Source: Chara braunii (Eukaryota > Plantae > Charophyceae). From it: a stretch of 64,000 bases of DNA. Location: NCBI GenBank assembly GCA_003427395.1, contig BFEA01000039.1, positions 230,895-294,894 on the forward strand, written 5' to 3'. Every line of letters starts with the position of its first letter. Position 1 is the first letter of the stretch. Of the stretch, positions 10,357-22,650 are shown piece by piece. A program made the translations under genes and the position numbers. The notes under the pieces were generated by a model. The model saw nothing but the letters and a program-made list of their open reading frames with translations, did no database searches and was not told where the DNA came from.

Positions 10357-12501
10357 GACCCGGCAGGAGAGTTGATACTACTCCTTGGAGGATTTCAACA
10401 TTTGTAGATACTGTCCTGCCGCCGGTATCAGTCAACACACTTTGTGATGTCTAGGTTAGCACTAGCTAGCATCTGCAAAGCAGGCAGCGGAGCGGGAGAC
10501 TGTGGGGAGCTCGTCACGGCGGGCTACTTCCATGGGACCTCTCTCTATCTCGATCTTTGGAGTTCCAGGAGGTTGCACTCTAATACCACCAAGATCGGTG
10601 TCGGGGGCCGTTTTACGTAAGCCTATGCTACAAACCTGAGCGCAGGAGCTCAACCCTCCTGGTGATGAAGTATCGGGAATCGCCCGAGTGCTGAGTGTGG
10701 GCCAGGCACATCAGCGCTACCTGCTGCCACAATAGAGTGGCTTGGTGGGCGAGTAGCGGTTTGATGCTCCATAGCAGATCTCAATCCTCGAAGACTACCG
10801 CTTGCCGTCCTTATTAGCTAGCGGCCTTGCAGTGCATGTGCTAGTATGTGGCCTAACGAGAAGGGAGAAGGAGCGAGGAAGTGACGAAAAATCAACAATG
10901 AGAAGAAAGTGAGTGAACCAGGACTTACATCAGGGCCGGCGAGCTGGGTGCATTCAGAGGTGGAGATGAAGATGGCGGAGACAGAAGGGAGCGTTGTGGA
11001 GTGGGAGTAGGACAGATAGCCCATTCCTTAGCGGAATCGAGAGCGGTAAGAAAAAAAATTGGGTTTTTTGAGTGAGGCGAAGCTGATGATGAGGTCAGAT
11101 TTAGAAGGAAGTTAGTGTATGGATAAGTAGGGGGAAAAAGTCGTGCATGAAGAGATGGCGGAAAGCAAGGAAAGTGAAGAGTGAAAATGTGGTAACTCGG
11201 TCGCCTCACAACCGTTTTTAGAGTTTTAAAATATTAGACTAGGTTTTCGGCAACGGCGACCTCATTGGTGAAGTTAGGTCTGATGATTGGTAAGTAGGGA
11301 AAAAGAGTTCGAAAAAATAGTGTGGGGGAAAAGGTGAAGCGTGCTCGACCGTTTTTCGACCATTTGCAAGAAGTAAATCTATTGTTTGGAGGCTTCGATG
11401 ATGGGCGAATCTGATGGTGTACTTGGAATTTGAGGTTAGGGGGTAAATCTCAAGATCCGACAGATAGGGGTTCCGCCCAAGCGCGGAATGATTTCGAGGC
11501 ACCATATATCTGGTCGTTATTTAGTGACAGTTTCATTCCAATTCTTACTCATACTAGCGTTAGGACTCACCTCTCTCTATCTCTCTCTGCGCCTGGCAGG
11601 GCATCAGTGTATATTTTCGAGCTCGAGTTAGAGATTCATCCGCGCACGACCTAAAAGGGGAAGGGCCGAGTGGCGTGGAAAGATACTTACCGGGTGGTCG
11701 TGTGCCAGGAAAGTGCCAAGATGACGATGTACTTTCTCCGATCCAGCGAAAGATTTATTACGGCTCTCCCCTTCTGCCGAAATGAGTAACACCTTTCTTT
11801 TTTTGGGCATGTGGACAACGACACTTGCATTTGAAATAGCTCTCTCGCACATACACTAGTCGAAACTTCATTCCGGGTGTATCTTTTTCCGGCTCCAACG
11901 GCCGAATCATTCCGATTTCCCTCACCCCACCGATCAAGGAGCGAGCCACGAAAGTCGAAGACCTATCTGTTGGAGTAACAAACCAGTGCGATAGTACAGA
12001 CTACCTGTTAGTCTGTATTTTACCCATTCCATCAGCAGCAGTGGAGAGAGAGACCAACCACGCCATATGAAGCCTTACCTGTAGGCTGGTGCGTGTTGAT
12101 ACCGCTAGACCAGAGTAGCAAGCCACGTAGGTTGAAAGCCTGCCCATTGCACTGTCAAACGAAGCAGCGGCGAGCAAGTGGAAAGGGAGGAACCCTACTT
12201 ATTTGACTTGTATGTTGCTCATCCAACGACTCGTTCACCAAGAAAACTAGCGGGACTGCAAACTTCTTGTGGGTAGTGTGCGTTTTACTTGCGAACTAGG
12301 GTAGAAAGGGGACAACAACAAGATTTAGAGGTTCTGTTAGTCGGAGGGCTGCTCATTCCTCTTGATGGAGAACTACCAAGAAAATGAGACAAAAGAGGAA
12401 TAGTTGAATTTTTTGAAGAAGGGTATCGTTGCGAATCAGAAGGTCATTAGGAGGTCATCATTTGGCAGTTCGACTTTAGTTTGGCCAAACCACTGCACAT
12501 T

Positions 12502-12894
12502 TTTGGTCGCCATTGTGGAACCCTCAGGCGCATGAAGGTATCAAGGTTCTCTCCTAAGAACCAAGTTTGACACCATCCTGCATCTCGAAATTCTGAAACT
12601 TCTCATTCTACCCTTTTTACTCTAAGTCTAATATGAGGATACGAGAGAAAGGCGACGACGGGATTGCATACCGCAGGACCGCGTCAAGACTCCGTAGGAA
12701 GTCTTGGTCGCCATTGTGGGACCCTCGGGCGCATTAAGGTATCAAGGTTCTCTCCTAAGAACCAAGTCTGTCCCCCTCCTGTATCTCAGAAACCTGAAAC
12801 TTTTCATTCTACCCTTTTTACTCTAAGTTTAATCTGAGGATACGAGAGAAAGGCGGCCGGCGGGATTGCATACCGCAGGACCGCGTCAAGACTC
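12502..12894. repeat. Diverged ~200-bp tandem duplication
   Basis: TTGGTCGCCATTGTGG...GGACCGCGTCAAGACTC occurs twice. Confidence 0.9.
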
Positions 12895-13448
12895 TGCTCA
12901 CCACTTGCGGAAGCTCTACCAAAACCTAAACGAGGTTCTAGAGGTAGAGAAGTGAGTGCTAACCACCACTTCCTTCTATAAACCCAGTTATAATTCATAA
13001 TTGTTCATCCTCCTATGATTTAACTGAATATACTGCATACATCCATATTAAACTGTACGTTTGATACTAAGGATCTAAGTCAGATCTAAAAAAAAATAAA
13101 TACAATCAATCTCAATTTATTTTTTGTTGTATGTTTGAAGGTAGATTGTAAAAGGATTTTGTATCAAGGGGAAGGCGTGAGGAAGATAGTTATGCTTGCG
13201 TTTGACCGAGTCAACCAAAGGCTGATCCTTTTAACTGTCTGGAGAACCACACAATTGTTTCATAAGTTTGGATTGTCTGCCTCCTCTCACTTGTGAGGGC
13301 CGTTTGTAATTTTTTTTTTTCTTCAGGGACCAAGCAATTGTTCCGTAAGTTTAAATGAGTTGGTTGCCTTGTTTTGTTTAAGGTTTTGATGTTTTTTTTT
13401 TTAAAGATGAAGTTTCAACAATTGTTCCATAAGTTTTGATGATTCAAA

Positions 13449-14363
13449 CTTCACTGTGTTTTATTCTGGGGGAGGATCGGACGAAGAACTGGTCAATTGT
13501 TCAATAAGTTTCGATAATCTCGTCTGGAGCCATGCACATGCTGAAACAAAAGGATAAATTATGTCCATATTTCTATACTAATCTACTTACGAACAGGCTA
13601 ATCAAACAATTGTTACATAAGATTGGATGGTTCGACTATCACAAACTGAATAGAGTATCAATTAAGAGTAAATTGGTGGTAAGAAGGGGCAGGCTGAACC
13701 TTTTTTCTAAGTAAACGGTTTAGTCATATGCTGCCTTAAAAAACTAAGTGAATATATATATATATACATATATATAAATTCACTTTTTAAATAGTTTATA
13801 GCGACTACGCATTGTACTAAGTTGAACGACCAGTCACATTCCCCAAAAAGAGAAAAGTTGTTGTGCCCTGTATCTGTGTATATTGTTCCATAAAATTGGA
13901 TGACTTCACTGTGTTTTATTCAAGGGGAAGATCGGGCAAAGGACTGGTCAATTGTTCAATAAGTTTCAATGATCTCGTCTGGAGCCACGCACATGCTGAA
14001 ACAAAAGGATAAATTATGTTCATATTTCTATACCATTCTACTTATGAACAGGCTAATCAAACAATTGTTCCATTAGATTGGATGGTCCGACTATCACAAA
14101 CTAAAGAGAGTATCAATGAAGAGTAAACAAGTGGTAAGAAGGGGCAGGCTGAACCTTTTTTCTAAGTAAACGGTTCAATCATATGCTGCCTTAAAAAACT
14201 AAGTGAAAATATATATATATATATACATATATATAAATTCACTTTTTAAATAGTTTATAGCGACTACTCATTGTACTAAGTTGGACGACTTAGTCACATG
14301 CCCCAAAAAGAGTAAAGTTGTGGTGCCCTGTATTTGTGTATATTGTTCCATAAAATTGGATGA
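13449..14363. repeat. ~455-bp tandem duplication
   Basis: 13449-13903 aligns with 13904-14363. Confidence 0.93.
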
Positions 14364-15587
14364 TCTAGCTTTACGCTCTTTGTAAGTTGGGTACAAGGGA
14401 TACATAATTGAAAAACCAGAACTATTGTTGACAAGGTTTAACCTTAAGAGGATAGACCATTGTGGTTTGGACTTGCATGTGCCTGAGTGAAAGTCTTATT
14501 TAGTCTGAGTTCAATTTGACAGGTAGTTCCTTTAGATGCTTGCCACGTGTTACATCTATAAAAGTTACTTCAATTACTGCATTCTCTGAGCAAACATTTT
14601 TTTACTTAGGTCGATTCTTGCATTATCTGGTATAGTTTTACTTAGGTTGCTTTAGTGTTGCCCAAATTTTTGCTCATAGACAAAATTTGACTTTGGAAAG
14701 TCACAATTCATTTCACGAGTCATTTCAAATTTCGTACTTGGCTTCGTGTAAATTTTGAAAAGTTACTTTCTCTACAGAAATCGCTGCCTTAATTTTTTCT
14801 ACTCTAAAGAGGTAGTCGAATTTTGTTTTAATGCTCAAATGTTATTTCGCATTTTTATCTAGCTTAGTATAAATTTGGGAAGTCTACTTCTATAAAGAAA
14901 ATATTGCCAAAATTTTAACTAATTCAAAATAAAATTTTACTTTCTAGAGTTAAAAGTTATTTTGGTTTTTAATTATGAAAAAACATTTTTCCTATATGAA
15001 GCACTGTCGAAATTTACCTAGTTCAGAGGAGTTGTACTATATATTTCCAGGTGACGATTTTGACAATCCACCCTGTATAAAAAAATATTGTCAAAGATTG
15101 TTCTTTGACACTTGCTTAAAGGTAAACTTAGTTAGCAAAAGAGTCTTGAGTGATAATTTATCATTGGGATTTATTCTTCATACACGTTTAAACTTAGTTT
15201 GAAAATTGACCTCTTGTGTTACAGGTCCTATTGATTGTTTCGAGTCGACATTTTAACTACATTCAACTTGATACCTCGAGGATTAGCTTTTACTATCACT
15301 CCTAATAGGTTGATTGTCGATTCGTCGTTTCACGATTAAACTCCATTTCGCTCTCGCCAACCGAACCATAAAGTTTTCGCCCTATGGTTTCGTTGGGTTT
15401 TCACCCGGACTTTGTTGAATGATCATTTCGTGCAGAGAGTGATTCAGTTTTAACCCCATGTAGTGAATTAACTTTGGTTGTCTTTGATCTGATTGCAGTA
15501 TGTTTGTGGTTCCGACTCTAGATGTGACTGCTTGCTATTAAATACATGTATGGTTGAAAGCAGTTCCATCGCGATTGTGAAAAATAA

Positions 15588-15780
15588 TCGTCACATATTT
15601 ATAACCCTTTATATATATACTGTCCGATAAACCGTAGGGAGAGAGAGAGAAGAGGACAACAAACATAGGGTTGTGACAAACTGTTTCGTCGGAGTTTCAC
15701 TTACTCATATATATACATACAGGATCACCAACCCATACGTACGAAGGTTCCCAAAACATAGGGTTGTGACAAACTGTTTG
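15588..15780 (-). mobile_element. Degenerate third copy of the hammerhead-bearing element in a TA-rich context
   Basis: Minus strand reads ATGAGTAAGTGAAACTCCGACGAAACAGTTTGTCACA...TGTGACGAT; partial re-duplication at 15755-15780. Confidence 0.7.
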
Positions 15781-16742
15781 GTCTAGTTCGGAGTCTAAAC
15801 CCGACGGCATTCCGCCCCCGCCAAAAATTCATTCGAAGCAGAAAACTAAGTTTTTTTTTCTGACTTTTTTTTTTTTTCTTTTCTATGATTTGAGGTACAT
15901 GCCTATAAATTTTGAAGTCCTTCCATGCCAACCAAAAATTAAATATGGCCAAAAAAGGTAGTTTCAACACTTGTTCGCCCACTCACTATTTTGTTCTTAT
16001 TCATTTTTTTACTTTTTATTTTCAATTTATTGCAGTGCCTAAACAATTTTATTATTTTTTTAAGCGTTTTTTAGTAGGTTTGATATTATGTGAAGTACAC
16101 ATCTTTAAATTTTTAGGCAATTCTCTTTGCCAAAAAAAAAAAAAAAAATCGCCAAAGATAACAGTGTCAAAAACATGCTCGCTCAATCACTGTTGTTTAT
16201 TGTTTTTTTTCATAATATATATATATATATATATAATTATTAATAATTTATTATTAGTGTCATTTATTTTTTTAATCCACTTTCGGCCCGAACAGCCGAA
16301 CGCATCTTCAAGGGGTCCCGCACGTTCGGACGTTCACGTTCAGGCATTTGACCCGTCCCGATCACCGACATTCCTATATATTTTTATTATAATACATTTG
16401 ATTTATTTACTTGTCAAACCACTTGTACCTTTGCCGAGTGGGAAACCAGCGGGCCTCGGACGGGCCTCCAACCTTTTCGGATGGCCGAAACGACACAACC
16501 GTCACTGATCAGATTTATCAATGGCAGCCATCGTCAAACCCCACCTCTGAATTTTTAAAATTTAAAAAAAAACATCCACTTTTCCCTAATTTTCCAACAC
16601 TGGCGAAGGTGCTAATGGTTAAAAACAAATAAAAAAGTTTCTTCTATTAAAAAATTAATTAATATTTTTTTTTTTAAATAAATTAAATCACCTACTTTTA
16701 AAATACAAATTATTTATTTATTTATTTATTCTTTTTAATATC

Positions 16743-16777
<35 letters not shown>

Positions 16778-17421
16778 ATTCAAATAATAACTCTATATAT
16801 AAATCCTCGCTTTTGAAGATTTCCATAACGTACCATTTGTACGAAAGTTCACTGCAGCACTCCTCCCTAACGCTGAAGGACTTCTCACGCCAAGCACAAC
16901 CAAGAGAAATGGTGCCATAGACTTCGAGGACAACTCCTTGCGCAGATGCCGCCAGATGAGACTTGGTACTCCTGCCTCTGGCTCACCTGCAATGCACTCA
17001 TCTGCTACACATACACCTTCCGCCTCTACCAATGCGCACGCACAGTCACCACTACTAGGCACTGCTACTGCGAATGCACATGTTCTCCAAACCACTCCAC
17101 CGGCCTCAGATCCTATAATCCACAATGCTGCTTCCATTTCAGCACCTNAGCCACTGAGACAACCTGGCCCGATCACGCAACCACCTCAAGCTGCAAACTC
17201 CCGCCCCTCTCACGACACGCCCGGTATGCACACTCACAANAGTGGTCACACACTACGCAACACCCAAAATGCACAGCAGAGCCACATAAACCCACCACAC
17301 ATCAGCCACCCTTCAATACGTAAACTCCCGCGACCTAATGCGCCCGTGCGCAAGGGTTAAACAAATTATGCCTTCTAAAAAAACAATCTCTTTTATCTTT
17401 TGTTTTTTTTTAATTTTTATA

Positions 17422-18330
17422 GTTCGACATCGGAGTCTGTGACGGGCGTCAAAGTCAAAACCCCTTGATTTCTCTCCAGGCCTTGGATGATGGAGATTGC
17501 CGCTAAGGCCATGGAATTTGACTGCCACCACAGACTTGAACCTATATACCACCCACCCTCCTTAGGATACACAAGAGGGTGTGGTGATTAACCGCCTCGA
17601 CGGTTGTCTAGCGTCGAGGGTTTAACCCCTGAAGAAGCGTGTCAAACATGATCCTCAAGACCACCAAGGACCTCGTGATTATGAATACTACATAGTACGT
17701 CATCATTGCGACTGCTTGCATAATCATGCATTGCTAATCGATATAAGAGTGCCTTATGTTCGTGCAATATTATATTCAATTTCTCGCGCGATGCTCAAGT
17801 ACTACAACGTTATGGGTTAGATACTGAAGGGACAGTGTTTTATTTCGTCCAAGTGTATTTTTAATTTTATGTTTGTAACGTGGTGTAGCACGTCGTGAGT
17901 AGGATGCGTCCTAACCGACCGGCAACGAGTCGCGCTTGGGACTTCAGCTCTCCAATGCGCCGGTTCGCGTGAGGATCGGATAGAGGCATGAAACCGTGCA
18001 TACCCCTTATGCTACAGCGTACGAGAAAACGTCCTCCGCTGATCCACCTCTACAATTGCAACCATTTGTACGGTGGACTGGTAGCTCGACGGGGATACGC
18101 CCACCAAAGGTAGGTGATAGCTCCCGCAGATGGAGGTGAGTTGTACCTAGAGTACACCCTATCCTGTCGTAGAAGCTCGCAAGAGGTATGGCTGGCGCAG
18201 TCGGCCAGAGCGGCTACGAAAGCTCCATTTCTATCGCAAATGACCAAATCCTGCATGGCGCGGCCAGGATTGTCTCACCAGACTGATGCGCTCGACAACC
18301 TCATGCCCGATTACAAGCCACAAATAAAAA
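17422..18330 (+). ncRNA. Structured non-coding repeat, copy 2 (longer at the 5' end)
   Basis: Homologous to 9213-9910, with additional strong hairpins at 17422-17619; ends in an A-rich tract. Confidence 0.5.
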
Positions 18331-18553
18331 AACATGCGCGTTAATACAAGAACGCTCAAATTTATCAAACTAGAATTTCTAGTTTAGTTCTTTCCACGAC
18401 CGATAGCTGAGCCAAGTCCTCCCCTACACAAATTGGCTTGGCAATGCACCATGTCCCCTTCACACCCCACCATGACAACAAAAAGGTACAATCCTCCCTC
18501 TTCTTTTGTAATAAAGCAAGAGACTTCCAATGAAAACTAGCAAGGTGAACACT

Positions 18554-18704
18554 ACATCAAGAGAACGAAGGTCCCATCGTTTATGCATTTCCCCCTTGCA
18601 GAATGCTTGTTTTACTTCCACTTCTGAACCTGCATCAAGAAAATGAAGGTCCCACCTTTTATGCATTTTTCCCTGGCAGACTGCTTGTTTTACTCCCACT
18701 TCTG
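18554..18704. repeat. 78-bp tandem duplication
   Basis: CATCAAGA...GAAGGTCCCA...TGCTTGTTTTACT...CACTTCTG x2. Confidence 0.85.
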
Positions 18705-19239
18705 TTGTTAAACCGCGAATACCTTGACACACTTCGGCCGCAGGACCTGCACACCAAGTTCTCGGGCCGCATCTGGACAACGTGCTGGCCCAAGCGAGTC
18801 CACTCTGTTAACCAGCACGTTTTAGCTTTTAGCTGAAAAAGGTACTGATGGTTTAAACCACCACAAACTTAGGCGGTCATAGGCCCCCTTTGCCGTAAAT
18901 GCATACAGATTTGCGCAGTGTACCGAGACATCCACCGAGCTAACGCCTAAAAGCATCATAGGTACTCGTGGCTTAAACCACCAGACACTCTTTCCCAATC
19001 ATCACCTCTGCGCTAAAACAACACCTAGTGCCCAACCTTATGTCTGGTGGGCCCAACCAACAATTTTGTGGCGTTTTGACCCGCCTCATTGGAACAAAAC
19101 AACTGAGAAAAGGGCTGATCACCATTAGTTCATGCAGGGCTCCATACACTTGGTGTGTTGTTGCTGAAATTCATCAAAGGCAGCGTCAACCCCCTAAGGT
19201 ACCAATCACGCGCATGCAAGCCAACCAAAAATACCTGGG

Positions 19240-19368
19240 AAACTCACCAGTGGTTTAGAAAGTCAAAACTCACCAGTGGTTTAGAAAGTTAAAACTTACC
19301 GGTGGTTTAGAAAGTTAAAACTTACCAGTGCCTTAGAAACTTAAAACTTACCAGTGGTCTAGGAAAGT
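19240..19368. repeat. 26-bp minisatellite x5
   Basis: AAACTYACCAGTGGTTTAGAAAGTYA units. Confidence 0.92.
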
Positions 19369-19607
19369 GCCTTAATTTCAGTGTAAGGACCGTTGCAGTT
19401 TTCTGCCTTTCAATGGCTATGCACTGCATGCCCATTCGAGGCCAAAGCCACAATTGCAGCCAGGTGCATTCAGGAAAGTGCCCCACTATTATCGTCTTCA
19501 GGAAAGCCATAAGTGCAGCCAGTTACGTTCAAATAAAGTGCCCCACTTCATCATTTATTAATATCAACATCCCATAGTCAGAGTCCCATAGTCAGAGGCC
19601 ATAGTCA

Positions 19608-19847
19608 GACCTCAATTAGGGCTGGACCTGGATGGATCTGAGCACAATAATGTCTAGAGCTATGTGGAAAGAGTCTCTAGTGCGAGTATGCCGTCTTCTT
19701 GTTGGTTCGTGGAAACGTATAGGCAACGGCATGCTCGCACTAGGGACTCTTTCCACATAGCTCTAAACATAATTGTGCTCAGATCCATCCAGGTCCAGCC
19801 CTAATTGAGGTCAGATACATTCAGGGAAGTGCTAGTACGAGCATGCC
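19608..19847. mobile_element. Two inverted copies of a ~120-bp MITE; complete copy at 19728-19847
   Basis: 16-bp TIRs GGCATGCTCGCACTAG/CTAGTACGAGCATGCC; arms 19608-19694 and 19726-19812 are near-perfectly complementary. Confidence 0.8.
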
Positions 19848-22179
19848 CTGAGACTCCAATCCACAACACTCAGCCATCACCAAAGAAAACTGAGTCCCTC
19901 CCACCCTAAAAACCCTTCCAAACAAAACTTGGGGGCATTGGGATTGCCCTAAAAACCCTTCGAAGCACAATGTGGGGGAGTTTGGACTGCCTTAAAAACC
20001 CTTCCAAGCAATGTTTTGGAGAGGAGTCCAGTGCATCAGAAGATATACTTGAAAGGCTGACAACGGATACATGCTGCAGCACAAATTCTTGTCGGACACA
20101 ATAACAAATCAATGAACTGAAAACTAAACCAATAAAAATTCACAGAAAGCCTATTTATTGCTACCGCGTTGCAAGAATTTCCTCCCCATATGTTTTATGG
20201 CCTCAGATTTACAAAATGCCAACCCGTACACCACATACATTTCCATGCTCGTCTCGCAATGAGACAAAAGACCCATCTAATAATCCTTCCAGCACATTTT
20301 TGCACACACAAAACTGCAACGGATAAACCTAAAACTGAGACACGCAGAGCAAACACTCAACAGAGATCTGTACTGCTGCAATTCCCATCCCCAAACAGCT
20401 CCGTGGCGGGCTAGGGCGCATTAGCAGCCACACCTTTCTTTTTTTTTTGTGCTTTCCTGTCAATCGAACATTGCTTTACAATTTTAACATGGTCTCTGAG
20501 CATCTCTGATCACTTCAAAACCAAGCGCTTCTTAACCAAGTACGTACGAGCACGTAGTTGTTCCCGCAAAGCAAACGCCAACATCGTTTTTGGAGATCAC
20601 TCTGTGAGGTGGCCATCCCTCCTTACCACGTCGACATGCACACCTCAAAACTTCAAAGTTAAAACTTAAACAGGTTGTTTTCCTACAGACTGCGGCAGTT
20701 CGTGCGACGCTCAAACTTCACACTTACAGACTTCGTACGCACTGCTGCTAAAGCTGCAGTCTGCAGCATTTTGTAAACAAACATTCAGGTTTCTTGCCCC
20801 TCTAAATGTTTTTTTTCGACTCGGCACCTCGCTACCATATTTTTCTGACCAGAACAGAAAACTCCATAAAACTCTGATTTGCCCCTCTAAATGCTGTTTT
20901 TTGTACCAACTCTCAGAGCATAGAATGGAGGCTTGTCCAAGTTTCAATGCCTTATGTTCAAAGGTTGATCAGTATAAGATGGTTGCCACGTTATAACACT
21001 TAAATGCCTTAAACGCCTTTATCGAGCTTTTCAGCCTTTTGTGAAAAACGAATTCAGGCTTGTAGAAAGCAAAGGAGGGGGGCATGCAAACACCAAACCA
21101 TATGCATCTCCACCCCAAAATCTTACACCACTGGAGAGCAGTCCCCTCCCTCAAGTGAGGCCAGCTCCAATTGACTTCACAGGCATGAAACTCAACTGCT
21201 GTCAGGCCGTGCGACTTTTTCAGATGGATGGTCAACAAACACGATCCGCATTCCATTTACTCTGCAAGAAACTTCCTGTCATGGTCTCGCTACAACATAA
21301 CCCATCGACAGACCAAGTTCGCATGGCCCACCTGCGATGTGCTCTGACGACCAATCGATGTTTCTTTACACACCAGATCGGCTGTGCTCAAGTTGTCGAC
21401 TGGGGTGAACTCACACAAGCTCGCTCTGCAATGTATCTGGCCCCTTTTACGGCCAGATATGACCACAACCACATCCACATACAGGCTAACAAACTCCTAC
21501 TGTGCGTATGCCCTCAAAGTCGGCATGTCACGGAGAATATAATTTTCTGATTTTTTTTGAATTTTGTTTTTCACATTTCCCAACGAAGTTGCAACAACAA
21601 ACGCCCGTATGACCATCACATATCCATTAAATAAAACCTATCACAGAGGATATATTTATCTTCACGTTTTCCAAATTGCAACGGCAAATGCCCGTATGCC
21701 CAAAAAAAAGAAAAAAAAAAGAAAAAAAAACGTTGTGGTTCATCCGTGACATTGCGAAAACAATGACGACAAACGGTTCATAGACTACGACTGTGCAACT
21801 TATGCACACATGCATAACGCATGAACAGAAACGCAAATTGTGCACACATGCATAACACATGAACAGAAACTAAGTCAGACAAAACTCCTACTCAGAAGGG
21901 TTCCCTCATCATTGAGAGATTCTTAGGCCAAAAAAACAGTAATAAGCTACAGAATGGGTCTGTATTCTGTTAACACTGCTCTCAGACGCTGCCTGCTTCC
22001 CACTACCACCACGATGGCTAGCCGGTGTCCGTACCACAGCCCTCCCTTGCATCTCCTATTTGGAATATCCATATGTATTCATATTGCCCCCAATTACTGC
22101 AATCCCAGGTCCAGCACCACCATCACAGCGGCTTCACTGGCCTCTCTCACATTGTTTAGCTCATCACTGCCACCACCAA

Positions 22180-22650
22180 CACCCACTACCGCCACCTCCT
22201 ATTAAATTAGCTCTTCACTGCAGTAGCACCCCGTCTTAGTCTTCGATCTCGGACTGAGACCGGGATTAAATTCTCACAGCCAGGCTGAGCCTGCCAAACG
22301 TTCAATATGTCGGGAAAAGTGCCATATGCCAAAAACGATAAAACCCAGCCCCAACAACAGCTGACCTGTGCACTTCACAGGCAGGAAGAAAATGACACTA
22401 CAGGAGAGAGAGGACCACCACTACCCACTACCGCCACCTCCTATTAAATTCGCTCTGCACTGCAGTAGCACTCCGTCTTTGTCTTCAATCTCGGACTGAG
22501 ACCGCAATTCAATTCTCACAGCCAGGCTGAGCCAGCCAATCGCTCAATGTCGGGAAAGTGCCATATGCCGAAAGCGGTGAAACCCAGCCCCAACAACAGC
22601 TGACCTGGGCACTTGACAGGCCGGAAGGAAATGACACTACAGGAGAGATG
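22180..22650. repeat. ~240-bp diverged tandem duplication
   Basis: ACCCACTACCGCCACCTCCTATTAAATT...AATGACACTACAGGAGAGA x2. Confidence 0.9.

Noticed and set aside
11683-11702. ATACTTACC resembling the U1 snRNA 5' end
   Set aside because: Similarity stops after 9 nt.
13252-13630. CRISPR array
   Set aside because: Degenerate repeats, long irregular spacers, no cas genes and a eukaryotic context; kept only as a motif array.
17611-17665. GTC-GAGGGTTTAACCC-CTGAAGA resembling a hammerhead 5' half
   Set aside because: No GAAA after a closable stem II, no stem III, and the core is absent from copy 1.
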